IMG/VR virus record: IMGVR_UViG_3300020045_007949 | Coordinates: 1 to 64,000 of that record | Direction: 5' to 3' (one strand) | Source: a virus | Lineage: Duplodnaviria; Caudoviricetes | Length of the DNA stretch: 64,000 bases | Part shown: piece by piece, positions 44,386 to 54,015 of the stretch | Position numbering within the stretch: the first letter of the stretch is position 1 | How the letters are laid out: each line of letters begins with the position of its first letter | The notes under the pieces: generated by a model | What the model saw: only the letters and a program-made list of their open reading frames with translations | Databases searched by the model: none | What the model was told of the DNA's origin: nothing | Made by a program: the position numbers and the translations under genes

Positions 44386-44978
44386 TACTTTATTTTTCTG
44401 ATTTTCTTGTAATTAACGCCATCTGTCACCTCTCCGTCTCTTTTCAAAGAACTACATTTGTAAGGATAATTTTCATTTCCACTTCTACATCTATAATAAG
44501 AAATCATCCATAAAGAGCCACAATCAGAAACCTCAACAACTTCTCCTTTTTCAAATATTTCAATTGGCTTATTTACTGGAAATTGAATTGGCTCTTGGAA
44601 TAGGGAGATAAAATCGTGTTCTTCTTTTAATTTTCCATCTAATGTAAAAGTATAATTATATCCATCTGCACTAATTCTTATTGGATATTCTTCACCAATA
44701 AATACCCCTTCAATGATAGCTTTTTTTTCTTTATTTTGAAAGAATGGAGAATATACTATTTGACCAACATAGAAGTATTCTTGTGGCTCTGAAACCAATT
44801 CAAGTGCATCTTCAATCCAAGCCCAATCACAACTCAAACCATAACTACGTTCGTAAACGCAATCAATTTCATATTCTTTTCCAAGAAAGTTATTCATGTT
44901 GCTATCAAAATGAACACCATACCTATTATTACTATCAAATTTTCTTGGAATAACCTTGTCACCTACTTTAAATTTCAT
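44385..44978 (-). CDS. modular SH3/KOW-like repeat protein
   Basis: KFKVGDKV / YVGQIV / FEKGEVVEVSD modules. Confidence 0.65.
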   Translation of the reverse strand: MKFKVGDKVIPRKFDSNNRYGVHFDSNMNNFLGKEYEIDCVYERSYGLSCDWAWIEDALELVSEPQEYFYVGQIVYSPFFQNKEKKAIIEGVFIGEEYPIRISADGYNYTFTLDGKLKEEHDFISLFQEPIQFPVNKPIEIFEKGEVVEVSDCGSLWMISYYRCRSGNENYPYKCSSLKRDGEVTDGVNYKKIRKIK

Positions 44979-44989
44979 TATCTTATTGT

Positions 44990-46957
44990 TTAAATTGTAA
45001 AATCATCGAACTCGTTTGAATATTCTCTTTCTTCATTTGCACAGTTAGACGAGATTTGTGGAACTTCCAAGTGTTTTGTACTTTCTTTTTCAAATGTCGA
45101 CAAACTTGCTTTAATTTCTCCATCTCCTGCGATTTTATTAATCGAGAGAACATCATAGCCATCGAATATAAATCTCTTTCTAACGAAGTCGTATTCAAAA
45201 CCAATAAATCCCTTTTCTCCATTTACACGATTCTTCTTAATCTTCCTTTGATACAGTTCACAAGAAGGATTACTTGGGTCTGACCAAGCGAAAGGTCGGT
45301 GATAAATTAGGATGTTGTAAATCTTATTATTCCACATTGCCCCTCCTGCGATGTCATATTCAGTGGGTGGGTCATAACCACCATCTTTATTCTTAATCGT
45401 CTTAGTTGGGTGTGCAACTATCCAAAAGTAAAGGTCATTAATAGAGGCGAATCTATCGAAATCAGATAGGAGGTATTCTAAATAAAGGTCAACTTTGCCT
45501 CCGTAAGCCTTGTAATCGTTCGTTAATTGATTAAATGGGTCGATAACCAAGCCCGAAATCCCCTCAGTGAACATCAAGAACATACATCTCTCCTTAATAT
45601 ACTCAGGTGTAGGCATCGCCTCTTTAGGGTAAATATAGAAGAAATGGCTCTTTACGAAATCATAACAAGCATTAATTCTATCTTTTGAAGGACGATTTTT
45701 ATTATTTGGAGTCAAATCGCATCCCAAAATAATTTCCATAAGGGAGAGGTAGAACTCGTCAGCACCTCCTTCTTCGGGTGGAAAAAGAGCATATTTTTCT
45801 CCGAATAGAATAGCACGACAAACGAGATACCATTTCAACCAAGCAGATTTTCCATGATTACCATAACCACTAAGTAGGTTGACTTGACCACGCATCTGCT
45901 TAAATGCTTTATCCATCTTATCAATTCCAATTCCTTTAATGCCCTCTCTTCCTTTTTCAATGATTGAGAAAATATCATTATGAACATCATCTGCATAAAC
46001 AACGTCTTTAACCTTATCACCTTGTTGTAAACCCTCGAAAGTTGGAGTTTCTCCTTTTTCATTAATTAATTCCCCCTTCTTAAACGAAACAGTTCCAAAA
46101 GATTTCCCCTCTGTTCGATAAGCACTTTCAATCGCTTTATCGCCTTCTCCTTTAGTAAAATCGGAAGAATTTTGAAAGAACTCGTAATAACAATACTGTT
46201 TGCAATCATCAATCTCAATCCCATAACGACAACAAGCACAAGCCAAGACGAAGATAAAGGTATTTCTTTCTCCGCTTACAAAATAGCGATTATCCTTAGC
46301 AAGCCACTTTACGAGTTTGGAAATATCATCTGCTGTTGCAGAGCAAGTTCCCGTCTCAGTATTACCAAAAACATAACCCTCTTCCTTTTCGATTAAGCCT
46401 TCAAATGGAATTGCATCTTTATTGATATAAATATTGGGGTCGTAAGATTCAAAACAAATTCTCGATTCATTAATTCCACTCCTATCAACCTTAGATGTAG
46501 GCAATCCTCCATAAGATTCATATAGTAAAACACCATCTTCATCATGTTCAAGAAATTCTTGTCTAAGAGCCTTGAAGTGTTGGCGGTGTTTTAAGCCGTC
46601 TTTTAGCCTCGCTAAGACCTTTAAACCATCTCCGCTTGGACTTATCCATGCGGCATAAACATAAGGCTTCTCAGAGGCTTCTTTTAACGTCTCCTCGATA
46701 TTAACGTGGTCGAAGTCTAAGACGATGAAACCCGAATGTTCGATTAACTGATTATCGTATCTCTCGGTAAACTTTCCTGAGAAACAAATACACGGAAGCC
46801 TTCTTTTTAAAGAGTTCTTTTTCTCTGAATCTGTTTCAGCCCGAATCTTCTCGACTAACTCTTTAGATTTGCCATCTCTGATACGCTCTAAAGCCATATC
46901 AATCGGAATATAAAAAGGTTCGTTGGGGCTTATGTTTTTAAATATTGTTGCTTTCAT
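44990..46957 (-). CDS. primase-helicase (BT4734/VirE-N-like primase, PriCT, DnaB-like helicase)
   Basis: KRRLPCICFSG, LDFDH, WISPSGDGLK; Walker A GYGNHGKS; VIDPFN; IVAHP. Confidence 0.85.
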   Translation of the reverse strand: MKATIFKNISPNEPFYIPIDMALERIRDGKSKELVEKIRAETDSEKKNSLKRRLPCICFSGKFTERYDNQLIEHSGFIVLDFDHVNIEETLKEASEKPYVYAAWISPSGDGLKVLARLKDGLKHRQHFKALRQEFLEHDEDGVLLYESYGGLPTSKVDRSGINESRICFESYDPNIYINKDAIPFEGLIEKEEGYVFGNTETGTCSATADDISKLVKWLAKDNRYFVSGERNTFIFVLACACCRYGIEIDDCKQYCYYEFFQNSSDFTKGEGDKAIESAYRTEGKSFGTVSFKKGELINEKGETPTFEGLQQGDKVKDVVYADDVHNDIFSIIEKGREGIKGIGIDKMDKAFKQMRGQVNLLSGYGNHGKSAWLKWYLVCRAILFGEKYALFPPEEGGADEFYLSLMEIILGCDLTPNNKNRPSKDRINACYDFVKSHFFYIYPKEAMPTPEYIKERCMFLMFTEGISGLVIDPFNQLTNDYKAYGGKVDLYLEYLLSDFDRFASINDLYFWIVAHPTKTIKNKDGGYDPPTEYDIAGGAMWNNKIYNILIYHRPFAWSDPSNPSCELYQRKIKKNRVNGEKGFIGFEYDFVRKRFIFDGYDVLSINKIAGDGEIKASLSTFEKESTKHLEVPQISSNCANEEREYSNEFDDFTI

Positions 46958-47417
46958 TCTTAATTATTTTAACCCAACCTAAATCGATTAATTTATCAAT
47001 ACTTAAACCCATGAATGGCAGACAATATCCTTTTGAGCGTAAAAAGTCATAGGCACTCAAAATATCTGTAACATTATCTGCAAATGGATGCGACATTCCC
47101 CAGCCGTACTCTGTTCCTATTGAGTGTGCAAAGTTTCTTCCACTTGCAATGTGCGTATCTTTCATTTCATCATCCTCAAAGAAATCCATTCTTCTTTCTA
47201 CCCAACTCCAACAATTCACCTTAATACCCACTCCGTAAGCATCTTTATTTGAAATATCCTTAACCGATTTAAGTAATAAGTGGTCTTCTTGGTTGTAAGG
47301 ATAAACCTTTTCTTTAAGATTTATCAACTCGTATTCTCCATTATTTAGGAAAACATTTAAAACTTTTTGCCCCCAATATTGAGCAAAAAATACTTCTTTC
47401 AAGTTATCGTTTTTCAT
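46938..47417 (-). CDS. hypothetical protein
   Basis: ORF track. Confidence 0.7.
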   Translation of the reverse strand: MKNDNLKEVFFAQYWGQKVLNVFLNNGEYELINLKEKVYPYNQEDHLLLKSVKDISNKDAYGVGIKVNCWSWVERRMDFFEDDEMKDTHIASGRNFAHSIGTEYGWGMSHPFADNVTDILSAYDFLRSKGYCLPFMGLSIDKLIDLGWVKIIKNESNNI

Positions 47418-47659
47418 TTCAAATGTGGTGGTTTTTTACGTGAAAGAAAATTGGCATCTATTTTATCGAGTTCAGATACGCAATCCTCGAAACCTTTAGT
47501 GTAAGTTTTTCCTAATTCTTTTAAGAAAAACTCCATAGCTTCTAAAACTTCTTCTTTGGTTGGTTCTGACTCCTTTAAATCTGAAATCAGAACCTTTAAT
47601 TGCTCATCATTTAATTCGCTACACTTATTTCTTGATGATAAATATTCTTTTATGGTCAT
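47414..47659 (-). CDS. hypothetical protein
   Basis: ORF track. Confidence 0.65.
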   Translation of the reverse strand: MTIKEYLSSRNKCSELNDEQLKVLISDLKESEPTKEEVLEAMEFFLKELGKTYTKGFEDCVSELDKIDANFLSRKKPPHLK

Positions 47660-47660
47660 G

Positions 47661-48224
47661 TTATGCTAAAGGGTTATCTGAAAATTTTCTAACTTCTTGT
47701 GTTGGATTAGTATATCCATCCTTCAATTGATTGTTAAAATACCTGTGTTGTTTTCCATCGTAGTGAGAATAATATCTCACCTCCCAAACTTGAATTTTAA
47801 CCCAAACCAATACTCCTTTCTCAAATGAAACCACTTCTTCTAATTCTAAAGGAATGTGAGGTTTTTGAGAAAGAGATGGGAGTTGCGTAGTTTCATATCT
47901 TCCGTCTTCTGTAAAAACTCTTTGAAGTCCTTCAAATTGCACAACAACAGGATAAGTACTATGCTGTCTTAATTCTATAACGATTCCGTCACCAAAACCT
48001 TGACAGCTAACTTTTTGACCTACATAATAATAATTTTTCATTTTTTCTTCTTTTTTAAATAATGTGACTGGTAGATGACTTAGCCATCTACCATCAATCG
48101 TATAAGTCACATTAAATGCCTCTTTAAAGTCAACAATAATACTATCAAAACCTCCGAAACGCCTAACAACTCCTTCGCCATAGCCACGCTCATTATCGAA
48201 TACTTTATCTCCTACTTTAAACAT
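47661..48224 (-). CDS. modular SH3/KOW-like repeat protein
   Basis: FKVGDKV / YVGQKV / FEKGVLVWV modules. Confidence 0.65.
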   Translation of the reverse strand: MFKVGDKVFDNERGYGEGVVRRFGGFDSIIVDFKEAFNVTYTIDGRWLSHLPVTLFKKEEKMKNYYYVGQKVSCQGFGDGIVIELRQHSTYPVVVQFEGLQRVFTEDGRYETTQLPSLSQKPHIPLELEEVVSFEKGVLVWVKIQVWEVRYYSHYDGKQHRYFNNQLKDGYTNPTQEVRKFSDNPLA

Positions 48225-48235
48225 TTTCTTATAAT

Positions 48236-48388
48236 TTAATTGGTTTTCTTCTTTTTCTTCTTAGTCTTTTTCTTGATTCCTGCTGCGGATAATGCGATTG
48301 CAAGAACCTGTTTCTCGCTCATTTCGGGGTGCTTTTTTCTTTCTTCACGAATATTATCACCAACGTGCTTTTTGCCTCTTTTTAACAT
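48236..48388 (-). CDS. 50-aa highly basic protein (not in ORF track)
   Basis: MLKRGKKHVGDNIREERKKHPEMSEKQVLAIALSAAGIKKKTKKKKKKTN. Confidence 0.7.
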   Translation of the reverse strand: MLKRGKKHVGDNIREERKKHPEMSEKQVLAIALSAAGIKKKTKKKKKKTN

Positions 48389-48438
48389 ATCATTTATTTT
48401 TTTACAAAGTTAAACATGATTTAATTAAAATCAAAGGA

Positions 48439-48969
48439 TTATTTGATTCTAATTAACAAATCCTTTCGATTCCTAATCATACTTGGTATTGAACGGCAAT
48501 ATGATTTCGATAGTCCTGCGTTTTTTACTACGTCTAAAAATGTAGTTTCTCTAACTGATTCAATGTAATCAATAACCCTTTCTTTAGCCACGTGTGAGAA
48601 TAGTGGAATAACTGGCTCGCTTAAAACTTCTACCATGTCGCCAATATAAACAGTTTTTTCGCTAATTGGCTCACATAGGTAGCCCCTATCTCCAATAAAA
48701 TCTTTCAACTTTCCAAGATGTTTTATTTTGCTACATGGCTCACAATGAAATGTGAGTTGAAAAGTCCAAATACCTATTCTAATAATAGTACCACTCATTA
48801 AGTGATAAATTTCATCACTAATAACAATATCAGCGTTCAAATCTTGCGAACGACAATTAAATCTCTTCAAAGTAGATTCTTGAACAATTAAAATATCCCT
48901 GTATTTGCAAAACTTCTTCTTCCCGAATGTTGATTCGTTTATTGTTTCTCTGTTAATCCAAAGTACCAT
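48439..48969 (-). CDS. MOSC-domain-like protein
   Basis: IRIG...FQLTFHCEPC...RG.LCE.....V.IGD pattern; start moved to ATG 48969. Confidence 0.6.
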   Translation of the reverse strand: MVLWINRETINESTFGKKKFCKYRDILIVQESTLKRFNCRSQDLNADIVISDEIYHLMSGTIIRIGIWTFQLTFHCEPCSKIKHLGKLKDFIGDRGYLCEPISEKTVYIGDMVEVLSEPVIPLFSHVAKERVIDYIESVRETTFLDVVKNAGLSKSYCRSIPSMIRNRKDLLIRIK

Positions 48970-49490
48970 GTTGTTTTGGCAGCCTCCTTTACGCCTAATT
49001 CTCGTCCAATTATTTTTCTTGTATTCTCGAATGACTTCTTCCAAAAAGATTCAGCAAATTTCTTTATCGAAGTATTAATTGCCATTTGTGCCAAGTGTAA
49101 GATTTCTTCAACTTTTACTTTATGGAAAGTATCAATCGGATTGCCAACTTTGAAAATCAACTCAGAGTAAGGTGTTTGGCGTGTCTTAACATGAGATTCT
49201 TGACCAAAATATTGTACCCAAGCTACTTTATCACCGACTTTCAACCTCAATCCAATACACTCGTCGTTAATTTTCTCTTCGTAAAAGCCATTTTGCAAAG
49301 CCCAATATCTCGTTTGCTTTAAATCAAAACCCTCGAATATGAGTGAAACAGAGGAGTAGTCTTGAAAATCAGGAAGTTCCGTTGGGTTGAGAAATCTTTT
49401 CCAACCATACTTGTCATGGTTTTGAGAAAAGTAAGTTGCAAATACGCAACCTAAATTTCCTTTTTGCATCCACTTTAAATTCTTATCCAT
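48939..49490 (-). CDS. hypothetical protein coupled to the MOSC gene
   Basis: ORF track; overlap. Confidence 0.7.
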   Translation of the reverse strand: MDKNLKWMQKGNLGCVFATYFSQNHDKYGWKRFLNPTELPDFQDYSSVSLIFEGFDLKQTRYWALQNGFYEEKINDECIGLRLKVGDKVAWVQYFGQESHVKTRQTPYSELIFKVGNPIDTFHKVKVEEILHLAQMAINTSIKKFAESFWKKSFENTRKIIGRELGVKEAAKTTWYFGLTEKQ

Positions 49491-49635
49491 TTTCTTAGTT
49501 ATTTATAAATTCGTATCCTAATTCTAATTCTTCTTGATATTTTTCCATCCAAAAACTGAATGTAAGAATACTTTTACCTTGTGGGTGATTATTGTAGATT
49601 TCTCTACAAAATAATTTATATGGTTTCATTTGCAA

Positions 49636-49908
49636 TTAAAACCCTCTATCTTCTATAAATCCACATTGCTCTAAAAATCCTTGTCCTACTGGCGAGCCAA
49701 GCCATTGAACCAAATTTAAGCAAATATCTTTTTCTTTTTCACTCAAATATTCTTTTGGGTAATTTTGCCTGTCATTTTCCCAACCAAAGATTATTGCAGA
49801 TAGTGTTTTATCAGCCATTCCATCAGAGCTAAACATTTGTACAAACTTATCATGGAAAATTTTCTCTTTTGGATTTCCATTGAAACGATATTCTTTATTA
49901 GATTTCAT
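49636..49908 (-). CDS. hypothetical protein
   Basis: ORF track. Confidence 0.7.
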   Translation of the reverse strand: MKSNKEYRFNGNPKEKIFHDKFVQMFSSDGMADKTLSAIIFGWENDRQNYPKEYLSEKEKDICLNLVQWLGSPVGQGFLEQCGFIEDRGF

Positions 49909-49909
49909 T

Positions 49910-51034
49910 TTAATACTTATTATATTTACAGTTAATTTCTTTTACTCTTTCACGAACTTTCTTTACGAGTTCAGTACCACTGTAATTTTTAGAATAATAG
50001 TATTCTAACGCTGCATAAAACGAATCCTCATTGTAGAATGAACCTAAATTTGGTTCTTCTTGGTCAAATTTGTATCTTCCGAATGAAGAAAATTTTGTAT
50101 CATTGAGGTATTTAGGTTGCTCTTCTTGTGGGTCTTGGTAGAAGTTTTCAAATTCCTCTTGGTTTTTAAGGCTTGAAATTGAATAAGGGTTTCTCCATTC
50201 TCCTTTCGCTACTATGTAGTTGAAAAATTCAGTAGCCTTTTCTTCCCCAAACTTTTCGTAAACAACTCCAAGCAGGTGAGCGTTTCCTGCTTTTTCTTCT
50301 CTTGTCTTGCCACTTTTGTTTGGTCTTGTAAATTGTCTGTCCTTTGGTAAGCCTTCGTTAAACTCTTTCACTCGTGCGTTAATCCAAGTATATTTTTCAG
50401 GATTTGACTGATAATTTGATTTTGACTTCTTCTTTTGCTTCTCTACTGGAATAGTTACATAATTTATTGGAATAATGCAATTCAATTCTATATTGGTTTT
50501 CTTACTTTCATACATTACTGTATCAGATGTAAGTAAAGAAATATCATCTTTATTTTCTTCCGCAGGAATATAGTTATTTTTATATTCTTTATTTTTAAGG
50601 TCTATATTATTATAGGCGAGCGTTTCTGACGTGTCAGGTAGCAGAGGGGTCTGTTTGGCTGTTGTCTGCTTTTCGACTCTTTCTCCATCATTTCCTACAT
50701 AAATAATGTTCGGAAAAGATAATCCTTCTGCCTTATTTTCAAATATCTCATAATAACTACCACTCATTGATTTTGATTCTATATTGTAAATCTTAACCAA
50801 CTTTGCATAGCCTAACTTAGATAGATTCTTGAAGCCTCTCTTTACAGCACCTTCTGTCCAACCACCGTCTTTTCCGTTTTTAACTAACTCTGTGATATTA
50901 GAAGTCCAATTATCACTCCTTGAAAGCAAGCGTGTAAGGACTGCTAAGCCTTCCATTGATAACTTTTCGTCACGCAAGAGAATATTCTCTAATTGCGTAA
51001 ACTTGTCTGATTTATTTACTCTGAAATTTGACAT
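49910..51034 (-). CDS. replication initiator / replisome organizer (N-terminal wHTH)
   Basis: FTQLENILLRDEKLSMEGLAVLTRLLSRSDNW...G.AVKRGFKNL...GY; start moved to ATG 51034. Confidence 0.8.
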   Translation of the reverse strand: MSNFRVNKSDKFTQLENILLRDEKLSMEGLAVLTRLLSRSDNWTSNITELVKNGKDGGWTEGAVKRGFKNLSKLGYAKLVKIYNIESKSMSGSYYEIFENKAEGLSFPNIIYVGNDGERVEKQTTAKQTPLLPDTSETLAYNNIDLKNKEYKNNYIPAEENKDDISLLTSDTVMYESKKTNIELNCIIPINYVTIPVEKQKKKSKSNYQSNPEKYTWINARVKEFNEGLPKDRQFTRPNKSGKTREEKAGNAHLLGVVYEKFGEEKATEFFNYIVAKGEWRNPYSISSLKNQEEFENFYQDPQEEQPKYLNDTKFSSFGRYKFDQEEPNLGSFYNEDSFYAALEYYYSKNYSGTELVKKVRERVKEINCKYNKY

Positions 51035-51044
51035 TGTTGTGTAT

Positions 51045-51108
51045 AAAAAAAACACCTCAAAAAGATAGCCCCCGAAGGGTGTAGTGCCTGCTATCAATTT
51101 GAGGTGTT
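51045..51108 (-). terminator. terminator hairpin in the 5' UTR of the initiator
   Basis: 11-bp + 6-bp + CCC-UUCG-GGG stem, 10-nt bulge, U-tract. Confidence 0.75.
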
Positions 51109-51130
51109 CCTCGTGTAATATTTTCTGTTA

Positions 51131-51162
51131 CAAATTTACGAACAAGGCACTACCGATGCAAG
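51131..51162 (-). promoter_or_regulatory. initiator promoter
   Basis: CTTG-N20-TAAATTTG. Confidence 0.7.
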
Positions 51163-51225
51163 TAAATTGTTAATTATTTTCAAAGTTAGTTAAAACTTTT
51201 CACATCAACAAGCGAAAATCGTACT

Positions 51226-51250
51226 AAAATCCACAATGTTTTGTGGTTTT
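51226..51250 (-). terminator. intrinsic terminator
   Basis: CCACAA/TTGTGG with A/T flanks. Confidence 0.6.
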
Positions 51251-51342
51251 AATTAGCCACCAAGACCAGTTATCGCCTAACGTCATTTCGCTGATTCGGG
51301 ATTGCTCTACGGTGCATATTAGGCATCCTCTGTGGCTAATTA
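51250..51342 (-). ncRNA. candidate structured RNA
   Basis: 11-bp TAATTAGCCAC/GTGGCTAATTA, inner GCCTAA/TTAGGC. Confidence 0.45.
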
Positions 51343-51475
51343 TTATTCCTCCATCGCCTCGTCTTCTTCCCTTTGTAATTCGTCTAACTCCTCTTCTGTG
51401 GGAATGTAGTCGTAATTTATACAGCCATCGGGCGAAAAATAATCAAACTTAATTCCTTGAAATGCTTTCATAGTT

Positions 51476-51706
51476 TTATTTGTTTAAGCTATTTACGAAA
51501 TTCCACCTTTCCATTGCACTATCAATACTTGTATGTTTTGTTGTCTTTTTGCCTTTTCTTTTTACTTGGTAAAAATCTATTGGCTCAGATTTAAAGTCTT
51601 CTCCACAACTACAATCCCCGAAACATTGACAACCAAAATATCTTGTTTGTCCAGTAAAATGAATTAAGATATTATATTCATTTTCTAAAATCACTCTCCT
51701 GTTCAT
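51476..51706 (-). CDS. hypothetical protein (CQCFGDCSC)
   Basis: ORF track. Confidence 0.65.
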   Translation of the reverse strand: MNRRVILENEYNILIHFTGQTRYFGCQCFGDCSCGEDFKSEPIDFYQVKRKGKKTTKHTSIDSAMERWNFVNSLNK

Positions 51707-51708
51707 TG

Positions 51709-51909
51709 TTATTTTTGATTAAATACTCTAATTTTTGAACACAAATCATATAAATCATAATGCGATGAATCAGTATCATCTAATCCGCAACTTGAAGGTG
51801 ATTTATAGCCTTTCCTGAGCAAGATATGTACGGATTCGCTACCTAACCATTCCAATAATTCATTAGGTGTCACATCGTGTTGTTTTAATACTTCTTCTAA
51901 ATTTACCAT
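51709..51909 (-). CDS. hypothetical protein
   Basis: ORF track. Confidence 0.65.
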   Translation of the reverse strand: MVNLEEVLKQHDVTPNELLEWLGSESVHILLRKGYKSPSSCGLDDTDSSHYDLYDLCSKIRVFNQK

Positions 51910-51910
51910 T

Positions 51911-52357
51911 TTATTCTGCGATTATAGTTAATTTAACACCTTTTTCTTCTGCCAACTTCTTTAATTCCTCGATTTTAATATCAAGTTCGCTCGGTTTCTT
52001 TTTGCACTCATTAAATCTAAATAGGTAATAATTTACATAAACAATATACATATCTTTATATTCTGCAATAAAAATAGCTTTTATCCATTCCTTATCTCCA
52101 TTATCTTTCACCAAAACTTCTTCTCCTTTCTCGAATTGTTCTCCGAATAACAAATCATTCCACTCTTCAAGAGATATTACTTTATATTTAGGATTCTCTT
52201 CACATACGCATCCATTGCTCACAAGCCCGTAATACCTGTGATTAAAAGCATACTTTCCATTATAGTTTTCATCAATCCAATCCTTGAATTTATCTAATAG
52301 TGGATTGATTGCATTTGATTGAAAATCTATAAGAAATTCATTTGGTAATGTTTTCAT
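51911..52357 (-). CDS. hypothetical protein with FEKGEEVLVKD module
   Basis: Shared module with 44385 and 47661. Confidence 0.65.
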   Translation of the reverse strand: MKTLPNEFLIDFQSNAINPLLDKFKDWIDENYNGKYAFNHRYYGLVSNGCVCEENPKYKVISLEEWNDLLFGEQFEKGEEVLVKDNGDKEWIKAIFIAEYKDMYIVYVNYYLFRFNECKKKPSELDIKIEELKKLAEEKGVKLTIIAE

Positions 52358-52677
52358 TATTTTTTCTGTTTATATTTTCTTAAATCTTCTCCAAAAAATG
52401 TTCCATCTACGCCTGATTGAAAGACTATTGGGAGTTTCAAAGCAGAAAATGCTTTAATATCCTCTTTTGTCATTTCATAGCAATAAATATTCTCATAATC
52501 TGAGTAGTAGAAACCGTCTCTACCCTCAGATTGCATTAATCCCTCTAATTTAGGTGCAAACTGATTCAAAACGATTATGGAATAAACTCTCGTTTCTGTA
52601 TTCAAAACCCTACCAACTGATTGATAGGCTTGACAAACATTATACGGCACTTCCCTTTTAATTAATTCTCTAAACAT
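52357..52677 (-). CDS. hypothetical protein
   Basis: ORF track. Confidence 0.65.
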   Translation of the reverse strand: MFRELIKREVPYNVCQAYQSVGRVLNTETRVYSIIVLNQFAPKLEGLMQSEGRDGFYYSDYENIYCYEMTKEDIKAFSALKLPIVFQSGVDGTFFGEDLRKYKQKK

Positions 52678-52903
52678 TCTCTAATTGTTTAATAAGTGCA
52701 TTAGCGAATTTTATAGCTTTTATTGCAGCATAATCCTCATTACACAAATTTGTGTTATTTTGTAAAGAAATAGGACTATTTAAAATTGACTGCATAGCCA
52801 ATCCTGCAAAGTATTCTAATTTTGTTAATCCAGTATTTATTGGCTCATATCTTTCTCCGTTAGCAACTGTGTCTGCGACAGGAAACGCTGATTCTTTTTT
52901 CAT
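52670..52903 (-). CDS. conserved small phage protein (AFP...GLTKLEYFAGLAMQ)
   Basis: Recognisable motif. Confidence 0.75.
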   Translation of the reverse strand: MKKESAFPVADTVANGERYEPINTGLTKLEYFAGLAMQSILNSPISLQNNTNLCNEDYAAIKAIKFANALIKQLENV

Positions 52904-52904
52904 A

Positions 52905-53180
52905 TTACAAAGTTAAACGATGTTTACGTGATTCGCAAGATATTTTTAATCTAAAAACATGGAAGTAGCCATTTACGACTCCCAAGCCAACTCTCGTGCG
53001 GTAATCAGAATGTATGCGAACACTATTTAATACTAATTTCTCCTGTTTAACCTCCAATTCTTTGAGGAATCGGGTAAATTCCTGACAAGCAAAAACTTCG
53101 TCATTAGTGATTAAATGGTATTCGCACTTATTCTTCTCTACTTGATAGAAAAAGAGGACTGAAAATATCAGTGATTTCAT
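52905..53180 (-). CDS. hypothetical protein
   Basis: ORF track. Confidence 0.6.
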   Translation of the reverse strand: MKSLIFSVLFFYQVEKNKCEYHLITNDEVFACQEFTRFLKELEVKQEKLVLNSVRIHSDYRTRVGLGVVNGYFHVFRLKISCESRKHRLTL

Positions 53181-53512
53181 AGGGTTTTTAATATTCCCTC
53201 CAAAACTAATTTTCTTGCTTCAAGAGATTTTCTCACCATGTATGGCGTTAAACAGTGTATTGGAATTATAAACCAGTAGCAACCTTCACAATCCAATACA
53301 TTGTCATCGAACAAGGCTTTATTCTTTTTAATAAACTTAATTCCTTTATTCCAAATTCTTGGATAATTTTTATTGTATAGTAATTTTCTGCAAATTCCGC
53401 ACTCTAAATTTTCAAGAAAAATATAATCTACAATTTTCTCATCACTGACTTTGATTGCCAAATCATAGCAGTCAATTAAATATTTTACATCTCCTTTTAT
53501 TGTGACTTTCAT
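53177..53512 (-). CDS. hypothetical protein
   Basis: ORF track. Confidence 0.65.
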   Translation of the reverse strand: MKVTIKGDVKYLIDCYDLAIKVSDEKIVDYIFLENLECGICRKLLYNKNYPRIWNKGIKFIKKNKALFDDNVLDCEGCYWFIIPIHCLTPYMVRKSLEARKLVLEGILKTL

Positions 53513-54015
53513 ACATAGAATTTTTTAAATAGTTCTTTTAATTGCCCTTCCTGCCAACCATGTTCTCTTAGAATGTCGAAAATAAGCTCTTTTTGTCCTC
53601 TGTGAAGCGATGTAAATTGCTCTTCTGTCATTTTACCATAAGCAATACTTTTCGCTCGCTTACGGGTCACATTTACAATTTCTCCATCTTCTAAAGTGAG
53701 GGTCATTTTCTCATCTTCAACGAATCCTAATTCAATTTCAATTGCCTTCCTAATCCTTTCTTCTAATGTATCTTTAGACTTTTGAAGTACTAAGAGTTCT
53801 TTTGGTGAAATGTCTAAAAGAGTTAGAATAGCTAAATCAGGAGCATTATCAGCAAAGAGTCTTAACATCTCAAAGTATCTCTTATGAACTTCAATCGAGC
53901 GAACATCTTTAATCTCAAAGTAGATTTCCTCGCCATCTTCGTAAGGTCTTTTTGTTTCGGAAAGAAGTTCTATAAACTTAACTCCTAATTTGTTTTCTCT
54001 TATTCTTCCGTACAT
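53509..54015 (-). CDS. DUF1367-like protein
   Basis: RSIEVHKRYF...KSIAYGKMTEEQF. Confidence 0.65.
   Translation of the reverse strand: MYGRIRENKLGVKFIELLSETKRPYEDGEEIYFEIKDVRSIEVHKRYFEMLRLFADNAPDLAILTLLDISPKELLVLQKSKDTLEERIRKAIEIELGFVEDEKMTLTLEDGEIVNVTRKRAKSIAYGKMTEEQFTSLHRGQKELIFDILREHGWQEGQLKELFKKFYV

Noticed and set aside
44983-45222. 79-aa ORF overlapping the primase-helicase 3' end (also 45835-46062)
   Set aside because: Same-strand out-of-frame overlap with no slippery site or start context noticed
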